A DNA stretch of 49,041 bases from Candidatus Micrarchaeota archaeon (lineage in GTDB: Archaea > Micrarchaeota > Micrarchaeia > Norongarragalinales > SBBD01), in assembly GCA_038046605.1 (NCBI GenBank), contig JBBSVW010000009.1, positions 4,940 to 53,980 on the forward strand, read 5' to 3'. The number at the start of each line of letters is the position of its first letter. Within the stretch, counting starts at the first letter, position 1. The notes below the pieces were generated by a model that was not told where the DNA came from, did no database searches, and was given only the letters and a program-made list of their open reading frames with translations. This document shows, in pieces, positions 8,764 through 18,375 of this stretch. The position numbers and the translations under genes were made by a program.

Positions 8764-9328
8764 GTAAAACTTACCTATTGATTGATTCCAAAATATGGAA
8801 TTGATCCAATAAAATGGAACTTCAAATGCATATTGGAACTATTTGCATCGATGAACAATGCTACTGCTCCAAGTCCTATTTTTCCTAAATCCCCTTTTAT
8901 GAAGCAAACCGCTTCGATCCCTCCTACGAGCCTTTCTTTGCCAAACCCTCGGGAAAGAAAAGCCAATTTGGTAGTGCTTACGGGAAAAATAGCCAATTAT
9001 TTCCACAATCAAGGTTTATATAGGTTCCTAAGGGATCGGTTTTGTCCCGCTTAATTACTGGATTTTTAGCAATTATTGGTAATTGCGTCGAGAAATCAAC
9101 AAATTCGTCAAGCAGTGAGGAATGTTTTTTTGCAGAAGCTTTTACCCGTAATTTCATAAATAGCGGGACAGCACCCTAAGGGATCACAACTGAGTATGGC
9201 AGGATTTTGAATATAGTGGGATTTGCGGCCTGTTTTCGGGAATTTTAGAATCCGGCGCAGGGTTTGGCTAGGTGAAAAATTTGGATAAATAAAACACGTT
9301 TAAATAGGTTTTTCGCATAGCATACCAT

Positions 9329-12300
9329 ATGGCCAAATCCGCATTGATCCCGCTCCTGGTTGCTGCTTTAATCTTGCTTTTTGTATCGTTGCTTCCCTCA
9401 AATGCCAAAGCACCAGGAGTGCTGAAATATGAGCTGGCCAATGCGCCTTCCTTAGAAGCAGCGCCGCCGCATCCCAATCTTGAGCTAAGAATCAAGCAGG
9501 GGAAAATTGCGCTGCCAAGTTACATCAAGGACCGCAAAACCTTGGAGGCAAGGGGGATTGATGCACCGGAAAAATTGCTCGATGTGAAAAAACTAAAAAA
9601 ATCCACAAGAAAGCTCCCAACCCCCGCAAGCCTGGTAACCGGGGATTCCCCCCTCACAGGCGCCCCGCAGCAGTCATCGCAGGCTGCCTCAACTTATGCA
9701 GGCCAGTTCCGGCTTCTTGCGGTTTTGGTTGATTTCACCGACAAGCCCAAATCGGTGAATGCACAATCCTTTGATCCGCTAATATTCAGCACAAATGGGA
9801 GCAGCTCGGTTTGGAAATATTACTTCGAAAATTCATACGGGCAATTTGATATTGTGACTGTGAACATGCCCTCATCATTGGGGTGGAACAGGCTAACCGC
9901 GCACAACTTCGCCTATTATGTCAATGGAGCATACGGCCTTGGGGGCTATCCCCAAAACTCCCAAAAGCTGACGGAGGATTTGGTGGATCTGATCGATCCT
10001 ATTGTTGATTTTTCCAATTACGACAATGATGGCGATGGAAAAGTGGAAGGCATCCTCATAATACATCCGGGAAGGGGGGCGGAATTGTCGGGGAGCACTG
10101 GCGATATTTGGTCACACAAATGGGGCATTTCTCCTAGAACCCGGGATGGCGTCCAAATTTCCGCCTATTCGATGCAGCCGGAGTATTGGAATGCTCCAGG
10201 AGATATGACAATTGGGGTTTACGCGCATGAATTTGGGCACTTGCTTGGGCTTCCGGACCTTTACGATACCGACAATAGCGCAAGGGGAATTGGCAAATGG
10301 AGCCTTATGTCAGGCGGCGCTTGGAATGGCGCCCTTGGCAATTCTCCCTCAAATTTGGATGCCTGGAGTAAAATAAAGCTGGGATGGGCGGCGCCAACTA
10401 CATTATCAAGTGGAACACAAGCCATATCGCTGCCGCAAGTGGAAACCAACTCAAATGGCATTTTCAAATTGGTTGGCCTGAATACTCCCGCAACGGAATA
10501 CTTCCTATTGGAAAATAGGCAAAAGGTCGGGTATGATTCAGCGCTTCCTGGAGCGGGCTTGCTGGTTTGGCATATTGACGATTCCAAAACCAGCAATTCG
10601 AAGGAATGGTATCCGGGCAATGCAAACACGGGCAATTTATGGGTTGCAATGGAACAGGCGGATGGGCTTTGGGAATTGGAAAAAAATATCGATCAGGGGG
10701 ATGCAAATGACCCCTTTCCCGGCGGGCTCGACATTAATACGTTCAATCCTTATTCGGTTCCAAATTCGGATAATTATGCCCAATTCAGGACAAGGATATC
10801 GGTAAATGCAATATCAAATCCACTTCCCACAATGAGTGCAACTGTTTCAATTGGAGGTTCCCCTGCCACCGATGGCATGCTATACATTACCTCCTTGCCA
10901 ACAGCATCAAATATTTACCTTAATGGGATATCCAGAGGGCTTTCGCCACAATTGATTGCCGGCCTAACACCCGCAAGCTACCAGGTTTCCATCAGGAAGG
11001 CAAATTATTACACTTTAAACCAGGCCATTTCCGTGGTTGCGGACCGCACAATTTTGGTTGATGCCGACCTTATTGGAATGAACAGCACGATCCAGGCAAA
11101 TTCGGTGCCGACCGGCGCTTTTGCCGCATTGGGGGGCGTTTTGCAGGGGATTACCCCAATAACCATTTCCAACGTTCCACCGGGGCCAAAAAGCATGGTA
11201 TTTTACAAAACCGGCTATTTGAATTCCACCGCTTCCTTTGTTTTAAACTCGAATACATCCTACCCCATAAATGTTGACTTAACCCCGATTAATGGCTCGG
11301 CAAATGCGACCCTAATTGTCAATTCAATCCCAACGGGGGCGGCGGTGTTCTTGGATGGAATGCCCAAAGGGGCTACACCAATGGGATTGACTGAAATAAT
11401 TCCAGGCACCCATCAGCTTTTGCTTATCAAGGCAAATTATTCCAATTACACGCAAACAATTACGCTCGCGCCAGGCGAAACCGCAACCGTAAATGCAACC
11501 CTTGCGCAGGCGCAGGGGATCATAGTTGCAAATTCGTCCCCCTCTTTTGCAGACGTTTACATCGATGGGATTTTAAGGGGCGCAACCCCGGCGACAATAA
11601 ACAATGTGGCAGTTGGAGTTAGGAATGTACGATTCAGTTTCCCAAATTACCTGGATTTCCAGCAAAATTACAATGTGATTGCAAACCAGACACTGGCAAT
11701 ATATGCAAACCTTACAGGCATAAACGGAACCCTCAACGCAAACTCAACGCCAGTTGACGCATCGATATTCCTCGATGGCATTTTGAAGGGGGCAACGCCC
11801 CTATCCATTGCGAACATATTGCCGGGAAGCCGCCAGATTGTCATTTCGAAGGCGAATTACCCGAATTATTCGCAGGCAATTGCATTCGCGGCAAACCAAA
11901 CAATAAACATTTCAATTGTGCTGGCGACAATTCCGGGGACCATTTTGGTTAGCTCGAATCCATCAGCAGCCAATGTTTACCTTGATTCCATATTCCAAGG
12001 AAATTCGCCAATTACAATTAGCAATGTGGCAGTTGGCAGCCATCAGCTACGGGTTGCAAGGGCGGATTATTCCGATCATCTGCAAACGGTTTCGATCAGC
12101 ACAAACCAGACCATTTCAGTGGTTGCAAACCTTACGGCGATTAATGGCACTTTGAATTTGAACTCGGCCCCAAGCGGCGCAAATGCCTATTTGGATGGCC
12201 TATTGAAGGGGATGACACCCCTCACAATTGCAAACATTCTGCCAGGGACCCGGCAAATAGTTTTGACAAAAGCGAATTATTCCAATTATACACAGGCAAT

Positions 12301-14416
12301 TGTTTTTTCTGCAAATCAAACAATAAACATTTCCGCGGTGCTTGCAACAATTCCAGGGACCATTTTGGTTAGCTCAAATCCAACGCCAGCGAATGCCTAT
12401 TTGGATACCGTATTCCAAGGATCAACCCCATTCACAATAGGCAATGTGGCAGTTGGCAGCCATCAGCTACGGGTTGCAAGGGCGGATTATTCGGATTATT
12501 TGCAAACGGTTCCCGTGTCCACAAATCAAACTATGGCAATTAACGCTGTGCTCGCCCCGATTCCCGGAATCTTGAATGTGACATCAAACCCCTCCTTGGC
12601 ATCCACTTACCTTGACGGGGTCCTGGTGGGAGTTACGCCGGTTACCATAACTGGAATTGCCCCGGGATTGCATCAGCTTCTGCTTACCAAGCCGGGCTAC
12701 CCAGATCAATCGCAAAGCGTGAGCGTGAATGCGAACAAAACGCAATCGGTATTCGTTACGTTTACCTCGAATACCGGCACTATATCCGTAACATCCTCTC
12801 CAAGCATTTCCAATGTTTACATGGATTCGACCCTTAGGGGCCAAACCCCCCTTTCCATTTCCGGAGTGAATTTCGGAATCCATTCAATACGGGTTTCAAA
12901 GGCGGGATATTTTGATTTCCTGGCAAATGTGAACGTCTCGGTGAACCAAACGTATCCAATAGCCGCAGCGCTTCCCCCAATTTCCAATTGTTCGGATACG
13001 GATGGGGGAAACACCCCATATACTGCGGGTAATGTAAGTGGATTTTCGGGGGGTGTGCCTTTTAGCCAAACTGATGCTTGCGGGGGGTCAAACCTCACTG
13101 AATATTATTGCGCCGGGAACAATTCCGCTTCTCAAACAATTGCCTGCGCAAATGGATGTTCATTAGGAGCTTGCATCGCGCCGCCGACATCTGGCAGCAT
13201 TCAAGGAATTACAGTGCCTGCGGGAGCATTGATGTCATTGGATTTCATGCCTGTTGGGAATACGCCAATTACCGTGGGCAACATCGCTCCCGGCCCGCAT
13301 TTTGTGGGTTTTACGCTTGCGGGCTTCGAAAATTACCAGGCAATTGCGGATGTGATTGCAGGGATCACATCAGTGGTTGCAATCAATCTCACCGCAATTG
13401 CCATGCCAAATGGCTGCAATGACACCGATTCCGGGAGTGATCCGTTTGCGAAGGGGAATGTTTACGGTTTCCTCAATAGCAGTGCATACAATTTTAGCGA
13501 TTATTGCATATCCCAAACTAGCCTAACCGAATATTCGTGCCAAAATGACACATTTGCTAACCAAACAGTGCTTTGCCCGGGGATTTGCTTAAGCGCAGCT
13601 TGCCAAATATCGGGCCTTTTCCCAGCAATCATCGGCGGGAGCGTTTACCAAAACGGATCCATTTCAAGCGTTGTTTTCAATTGGCAAACAAACATCCCCT
13701 CAACATCAGGAACATACTATGGGAAAATGGCCCAGGTGGCAATGGTCAATGCATCCGATAACAGCACGTATTTCATCACAACCTCCCTTCTTGAATATTC
13801 CAATTCAACAAACGAAACCTCGCTTGCACATCAAATTTATGCCTATGGATTGGAATCCGGCACGCAATATGGGTATTTGGCCCAAAGCTGCAACGGCATT
13901 AGCTGCACGAACTCTTCGATTTACAATTTCACAACGCAAACCCCTGCGCCGCAGCCAACCCCGGCCCCAAATAACGGAGGGGGGGGAGGCGGCTATTCCG
14001 GGGGAAGTTCACCCCCCGCACCAGCAAGTTCGCCAAAACCATTCCCCAAGCCCAGGGTTACCCCAACCCCCGCCCCTTCGCCCCAATTCATGGAAATATC
14101 AAATGAAATAGAGGATAAATTGCCAAACCTGGAATATGGGAATGACAGGCAGGAGGTTCAAATTATGCTGGACGATGCCAAATTATTGGAATCGCAGGGA
14201 AGGAGGGCGGAGGCGCTGATGCTTCTTTCCAGGGCGAAAGAGAGGCTAATTACCGCAATTGCGTTTTCACGCACCAAGAAGGCGAACTTTTCCTGGCAGC
14301 TTGCAATCATTGCAATGGCGCTTTTTGTTTCAGGCATGTGGTTTAGGTTCGACCAGCTAAAGCGCGTGGAAAAAGGGGAAGGGCCCCATGGAATAAGCAA
14401 GCTTCTTGAGAGATGA
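9329..14416 (+). CDS. Surface-anchored M6 family (immune inhibitor A-like) metalloprotease with ~11 PEGA repeats, two Cys-rich modules and a C-terminal TM
   Basis: Signal peptide; VDFSNYDNDGDG, DIWSH, HEFGHLLGLPDLYD, WSLMSGG and EYFLLENRQ motifs; G-x-L-x-V-x-S-x-P...GxTP repeats; CSDTDGG and CNDTDSG modules; Pro/Gly linker; TM helix. Confidence 0.9.
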   Translation: MAKSALIPLLVAALILLFVSLLPSNAKAPGVLKYELANAPSLEAAPPHPNLELRIKQGKIALPSYIKDRKTLEARGIDAPEKLLDVKKLKKSTRKLPTPASLVTGDSPLTGAPQQSSQAASTYAGQFRLLAVLVDFTDKPKSVNAQSFDPLIFSTNGSSSVWKYYFENSYGQFDIVTVNMPSSLGWNRLTAHNFAYYVNGAYGLGGYPQNSQKLTEDLVDLIDPIVDFSNYDNDGDGKVEGILIIHPGRGAELSGSTGDIWSHKWGISPRTRDGVQISAYSMQPEYWNAPGDMTIGVYAHEFGHLLGLPDLYDTDNSARGIGKWSLMSGGAWNGALGNSPSNLDAWSKIKLGWAAPTTLSSGTQAISLPQVETNSNGIFKLVGLNTPATEYFLLENRQKVGYDSALPGAGLLVWHIDDSKTSNSKEWYPGNANTGNLWVAMEQADGLWELEKNIDQGDANDPFPGGLDINTFNPYSVPNSDNYAQFRTRISVNAISNPLPTMSATVSIGGSPATDGMLYITSLPTASNIYLNGISRGLSPQLIAGLTPASYQVSIRKANYYTLNQAISVVADRTILVDADLIGMNSTIQANSVPTGAFAALGGVLQGITPITISNVPPGPKSMVFYKTGYLNSTASFVLNSNTSYPINVDLTPINGSANATLIVNSIPTGAAVFLDGMPKGATPMGLTEIIPGTHQLLLIKANYSNYTQTITLAPGETATVNATLAQAQGIIVANSSPSFADVYIDGILRGATPATINNVAVGVRNVRFSFPNYLDFQQNYNVIANQTLAIYANLTGINGTLNANSTPVDASIFLDGILKGATPLSIANILPGSRQIVISKANYPNYSQAIAFAANQTINISIVLATIPGTILVSSNPSAANVYLDSIFQGNSPITISNVAVGSHQLRVARADYSDHLQTVSISTNQTISVVANLTAINGTLNLNSAPSGANAYLDGLLKGMTPLTIANILPGTRQIVLTKANYSNYTQAIVFSANQTINISAVLATIPGTILVSSNPTPANAYLDTVFQGSTPFTIGNVAVGSHQLRVARADYSDYLQTVPVSTNQTMAINAVLAPIPGILNVTSNPSLASTYLDGVLVGVTPVTITGIAPGLHQLLLTKPGYPDQSQSVSVNANKTQSVFVTFTSNTGTISVTSSPSISNVYMDSTLRGQTPLSISGVNFGIHSIRVSKAGYFDFLANVNVSVNQTYPIAAALPPISNCSDTDGGNTPYTAGNVSGFSGGVPFSQTDACGGSNLTEYYCAGNNSASQTIACANGCSLGACIAPPTSGSIQGITVPAGALMSLDFMPVGNTPITVGNIAPGPHFVGFTLAGFENYQAIADVIAGITSVVAINLTAIAMPNGCNDTDSGSDPFAKGNVYGFLNSSAYNFSDYCISQTSLTEYSCQNDTFANQTVLCPGICLSAACQISGLFPAIIGGSVYQNGSISSVVFNWQTNIPSTSGTYYGKMAQVAMVNASDNSTYFITTSLLEYSNSTNETSLAHQIYAYGLESGTQYGYLAQSCNGISCTNSSIYNFTTQTPAPQPTPAPNNGGGGGGYSGGSSPPAPASSPKPFPKPRVTPTPAPSPQFMEISNEIEDKLPNLEYGNDRQEVQIMLDDAKLLESQGRRAEALMLLSRAKERLITAIAFSRTKKANFSWQLAIIAMALFVSGMWFRFDQLKRVEKGEGPHGISKLLER

Positions 14417-14579
14417 AAAAAGGCATTGGAGCGGATTTCTGAAATAATTATTATCGTGCGGTTTTCCTACGGACCGATATTTTTTTCCCCATTTCGAAAA
14501 GGTTTTCACCCTCTCAACGATAGCTTTTAAAATGCGGAATGCCTCTTTTTTTAAAAGTGGGCTTATTTGGTGGTATATC

Positions 14580-17027
14580 ATGACGAAAAACATCTACTGG
14601 TTCAATGAGCTTTCAAGGGCTTCGCTAAATGTTGCAGGCGGGAAGGGTTCGAACCTGGGGGAGATGTTCAACCACGGTTTCCCAATTCCGGAGGGCTTTA
14701 TTGTTTCCGCGGAGAGTTATTTCGAATTCATCAAGTCAACGGGGATAGACAAGGCAATAGCGCAGGTAACCAAGGATTTGGACGTCGAGGACACCGCCAA
14801 GTTGCAGCAGGTTTCCGTTGCCTTGAAAGAAGCAATTGTTGCGGTGAAAATGCCAAATGATCTCCGGGCGGACATCATCCGCGCATACAACCAATTATGC
14901 GGGGCGGAAATGCCCACATCACAGCAGGAGCAATGGGTCGCTGTTCGCTCATCCGCAACAGCGGAGGATTTGCCGGAAGCCAGCTTTGCCGGCCAGCAGG
15001 CAACATTCCTAAACATCAAGGGGCAGGATGCCGTTGTAAAGGCGGTTAGGGATTGCTGGGCTTCGCTATTCGAGGCGCGCGCGATTTATTACAGGGGGGA
15101 GCAGCATTTTGACAATTTGAAAGTGGGGATTGCCGTTGTGATCCAAAGGATGGTCCAAAGCGACAAGAGCGGGATCATGTTTTCAGTCGATCCGGTTTCA
15201 CAGGATCCAAATAACCTCGTCATCGAGGCTGGCTTTGGGCTTGGGGAGGCGGTTGTCAGCGGCGCAATCACGCCGGATATGTACATAATCGACAAAAGGA
15301 CGGTTAAAATTATTCAAAAAGTCATAAACAAGCAGGAGATGCTAATCACAAGGGTCGATGGAGAGGATAAGGAAATGAAGGTGGAGGAGGAATTGCAGGA
15401 GGTCCAAAAATTATCCGAGGAGGAAATCCTGACGCTTGCAAAGTACGGCATCACGATTGAAAACCACTACAGTTTCCCGCAGGACATGGAATGGGCAATT
15501 GAGGGCAGGAAGATTTACATCGTGCAAAGCCGCGCAATCACAACCTTGAAGAAAAAGGGCGCATCACAGGGGGGGAATTATTCAACGGATAAAAAAGGGA
15601 CAGCAGGTGGATCAACAATGTCTGAATTGAAAGGGCCAACAAAGCAGGTTTCGGATGACCCATTTGAGGTGCAGGAAATATCGGCGGACAATGCGGTCCA
15701 GTTATTGCAAGGTTCAAGGGCATCGCCCGGCATAGCATGGGGGCCGGTAAAAATGATCATGGATCCAAAGGAAATATCCAGGGTGTATGAGGGGGATATC
15801 CTGGTCACAAGGATGACAACGCCGGATTTCGTGCCCGCCATGAAGCGCGCGGCCGCAATCGTAACTGATGAGGGCGGAGCTACTTGCCATGCCGCAATTG
15901 TGAGCCGCGAACTTGGGATACCCTGCATCGTAGGCACAAGGGAAGCCACCCACAAATTGAAGGAGGGGCAGATCATTACAGTAGATGCAAAGCGGGGGAT
16001 TGTTTATGATGGAAGGGTTGCGCTTGAAACCAAAAAAGTGGATGCGGGAGGGAATAGCGCAGGGGCAACAAATGCGCATCTTGCGACATTCACAATCACA
16101 GGCACAAAATTGTATGTGAATTTGGCGGAACCGGAAAAAGCGGATGAAATCGCGGAGAATTATGTCGATGGAGTCGGGCTTTTACGCGCCGAATTCATGA
16201 TAGCCGGGCTAGGGAAGCACCCGCGCATGATGATCGAGCAGGGAAGGCAGGAGGAATACATTGATGCCCTGGCAAAGGGGCTTCGCAAGTTCTGCGCGGC
16301 ATTCTACCCAAGGCCGATCATTTACCGTGCTACGGATTTCAAGACAAACGAATACAGGAACCTCGAGGGAGGGGAAAAGTTCGAGCCCAAGGAGGAAAAC
16401 CCCATGATTGGCTACCGCGGCTGCTTTAGGTACATAAAAGAGCCGGAGGTATTTGCCCTTGAGCTTGCGGCAATCAACAAGGTCCGCAACCAATACGGCA
16501 TGAAGAACCTGCATTTGATGCTCCCATTCGTCAGGCGCGTCGAGGATTTCAAGGCATGCAAGCGGCTGGTAGAAAATGCGGGTTTGGAGCGCAATTTTGA
16601 TTTCAAGCTTGGGATCATGTGCGAAGTGCCATCGAATGTAATCAGCGCAGAGGAGTTTTGCAAGGCGGGAGTTGATTTCTTCTCAATTGGCTCGAATGAT
16701 TTGACGCAGCTGACACTTGGTGTGGATCGCGATTCGCCCCTTGTTGCGGAGGATTTCGATGAGAGGGATCCGGCGATTTTGAACTCAATTAAGCATGTGA
16801 TCAAGGTATGCCACAAATACGGCGTAAAGGTTGGGATCTGCGGGCAGGCACCATCGGTTTATCCGGAATTTGCAGAGGCGCTTGTTAGGTATGGGATCGA
16901 TTCCATTTCGGTGAATCCGGATGTGATTGATATCACAAGAAGGAGCATCGCTTCGGCGGAGCAGAAGGTCATCATTGAAAAACTGAAAGGGCTGGAGGAT
17001 GCCAGTGAAAAGGAAAGTGCTTGGTAA
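14580..17027 (+). CDS. ppsA: Phosphoenolpyruvate synthase
   Basis: GGKGSNLGEM, AVRSSATAED, GGATCHAAIVSRELG (phospho-His), EENPMIGYRG and FSIGSNDLTQ motifs. Probable start MTKNIYW at 14580. Confidence 0.96.
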   Translation: MTKNIYWFNELSRASLNVAGGKGSNLGEMFNHGFPIPEGFIVSAESYFEFIKSTGIDKAIAQVTKDLDVEDTAKLQQVSVALKEAIVAVKMPNDLRADIIRAYNQLCGAEMPTSQQEQWVAVRSSATAEDLPEASFAGQQATFLNIKGQDAVVKAVRDCWASLFEARAIYYRGEQHFDNLKVGIAVVIQRMVQSDKSGIMFSVDPVSQDPNNLVIEAGFGLGEAVVSGAITPDMYIIDKRTVKIIQKVINKQEMLITRVDGEDKEMKVEEELQEVQKLSEEEILTLAKYGITIENHYSFPQDMEWAIEGRKIYIVQSRAITTLKKKGASQGGNYSTDKKGTAGGSTMSELKGPTKQVSDDPFEVQEISADNAVQLLQGSRASPGIAWGPVKMIMDPKEISRVYEGDILVTRMTTPDFVPAMKRAAAIVTDEGGATCHAAIVSRELGIPCIVGTREATHKLKEGQIITVDAKRGIVYDGRVALETKKVDAGGNSAGATNAHLATFTITGTKLYVNLAEPEKADEIAENYVDGVGLLRAEFMIAGLGKHPRMMIEQGRQEEYIDALAKGLRKFCAAFYPRPIIYRATDFKTNEYRNLEGGEKFEPKEENPMIGYRGCFRYIKEPEVFALELAAINKVRNQYGMKNLHLMLPFVRRVEDFKACKRLVENAGLERNFDFKLGIMCEVPSNVISAEEFCKAGVDFFSIGSNDLTQLTLGVDRDSPLVAEDFDERDPAILNSIKHVIKVCHKYGVKVGICGQAPSVYPEFAEALVRYGIDSISVNPDVIDITRRSIASAEQKVIIEKLKGLEDASEKESAW

Positions 17028-17046
17028 TAGGGGGTAGCGGGCGACC
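17024..17046 (+). repeat. Partial hairpin-element-like sequence (copy F) overlapping the ppsA stop
   Basis: GTAATAGGGGGTAGCGGGCGACC versus copy A GTAAATAAGGGGGTAGTGGGCAACC. Confidence 0.45.
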
Positions 17047-17094
17047 GTCTTGAAGGGTAAAACAATAGAATATTTCCCCCGATTGCCCGGGGCC

Positions 17095-17679
17095 TTATTT
17101 ATATTCGCGCCCCTTCTTTGCCCAATCAGTCATGCGCGATTCGTTGTCCCTATCCATTTTGGCCAAGGCTGCATTCGCTCCGTCCATATGGGCGCCCAAT
17201 AAAAGCGCAAGGTGCCTTTTTTGGATGAGGAGTTGGTCAATTCCATTCACCGGAAACTTGGATGTGCGGAATGCGGTCGATAGGGCATCCAAGTAGGCCG
17301 TAGCATGATTGCTAAGTGCGCGGTCCTGACCATCGCTTTCAAGGGCAGATAAACGCTTCAGCTTATACCTCCATGCCCGGTTTACATTTCCAAGCTGGGC
17401 CATGAGCCTTAGGTATTGGGAATCCACCCTATCTGTTGCCTCGAGTCGCTTTCCAATGCCATCAGTCCTCCGTTTTGCCGCATTGCCGACCCTGATCGAA
17501 ACCGCCCTCCCAAGGCCTAACCGGTAGACCTTTTCCATCCTTTTGCCAAGGAAGCGCGCAATCCGTTTTACATCCGCCTCGTGGAGCCCGTTTTCGGTTA
17601 GCCTTTCTTTTTCCTTGCCCACTAGCGTGGCCATCATGTCGGTTACCGGTTTAGGAAGGGGCTTTGCAACCATAATCAT
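17095..17679 (-). CDS. Hypothetical basic helical protein
   Basis: 194-aa ORF starting 3 bp after the upstream ORF; no recognisable motif. Confidence 0.6.
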   Translation of the reverse strand: MIMVAKPLPKPVTDMMATLVGKEKERLTENGLHEADVKRIARFLGKRMEKVYRLGLGRAVSIRVGNAAKRRTDGIGKRLEATDRVDSQYLRLMAQLGNVNRAWRYKLKRLSALESDGQDRALSNHATAYLDALSTAFRTSKFPVNGIDQLLIQKRHLALLLGAHMDGANAALAKMDRDNESRMTDWAKKGREYK

Positions 17680-17682
17680 CGA

Positions 17683-17916
17683 TCAATTTTCCCTTCTCCG
17701 CTGGGAAATGAAAAATGCCATCCCAATTAGCATCAGGAAGAAAATGCCAATCAGGACGCCGGAGCCCGAATTATTCGCCGCAAAAAAGCCGGTCAGGGGG
17801 TTTGCGCCCGGATTTTCCTTGATCACCGATTTTCCCCTGATGCCAAGGGGGTCGAGGTCGTAGGAGAAGAAGATGGCAAATGCAAGGATTGCAATTAGAA
17901 TAATTCTTCGGTTCAT
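17683..17916 (-). CDS. Small membrane protein (two hydrophobic segments)
   Basis: MNRRIILIAILAFAIFFS...GVLIGIFFLMLIGMAFFISQRRR. Confidence 0.65.
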   Translation of the reverse strand: MNRRIILIAILAFAIFFSYDLDPLGIRGKSVIKENPGANPLTGFFAANNSGSGVLIGIFFLMLIGMAFFISQRRREN

Positions 17917-18024
17917 GGAAAACAGTTCCCCGTGGAAATATTTAAGGGTTTGCCCTTTGCTTCGAAACCCCCCCTTTTACTATTTTCAATATTCATTCGT
18001 GTGAAAACTAGAGTTGAGAAAAAA

Positions 18025-18240
18025 AGTGGGCCAGCCCGGATTTTAACGCCTTGCCCCTTTCTTTTCAAAAAAGAAAGCGGCGATGGCTCCGCTGGAAAGA
18101 AAACAATTTGCTTTGAAAGGGGGTAGAGGCGATGTACGAATTGATAGGCAACTCGGACATTAGTAGAGGCGAACTCTACATAACACGAGTAGGGGGGAAT
18201 CCTTCCCCCCTATAGGTGTCGAGTGGGCCAGCCCGGATTT
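18025..18240 (+). mobile_element. Hairpin element copy D bounded by a 19-bp duplication of the tRNA-Ile 3' end
   Basis: AGTGGGCCAGCCCGGATTT occurs at 18025-18043 and 18222-18240. The insert ends AACAC-GAG-TAGGGGGGAA-TCC-TTCCCCCCTA-TAG-GTGTCG and has an internal 10-bp repeat GTAGAGGCGA (18123, 18163). Confidence 0.75.
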
Positions 18241-18375
18241 GAACCGGGAACCTTTCGATGTCCGACATTGGTCATTGCATCGCCACTTTACAGCGGAAAT
18301 GCGTTATCAGTCGAACGCTCCAACCAGATTAAGCTACAGGAATCAGCTCCCGAAAAACTTGTTTGCGAGGGTCCC
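18224..18375 (-). tRNA. tRNA-Ile(GAU) with two introns: 32 nt at position 3/4 (18341-18372) and 45 nt at 37/38 (18260-18304)
   Basis: Spliced sequence GGG|CCTGTAGCTTAATCTGGTTGGAGCGTTCGACTGATA|ATCGAAAGGTTCCCGGTTCAAATCCGGGCTGGCCCA folds as a cloverleaf. Anticodon at 18308-18306; BHB-type motifs at both junctions. Confidence 0.88.

Noticed and set aside
8775-9054. Short ORFs (73 aa on minus, 90 aa on plus) upstream of rpl1, considered as rpl11
   Set aside because: They show no similarity to L11, have weak starts and overlap each other; they are probably non-coding.
18224-18343. tRNA-Ile as a 5'-truncated pseudogene
   Set aside because: The missing GGG is recovered by a well-formed BHB intron at position 3/4.
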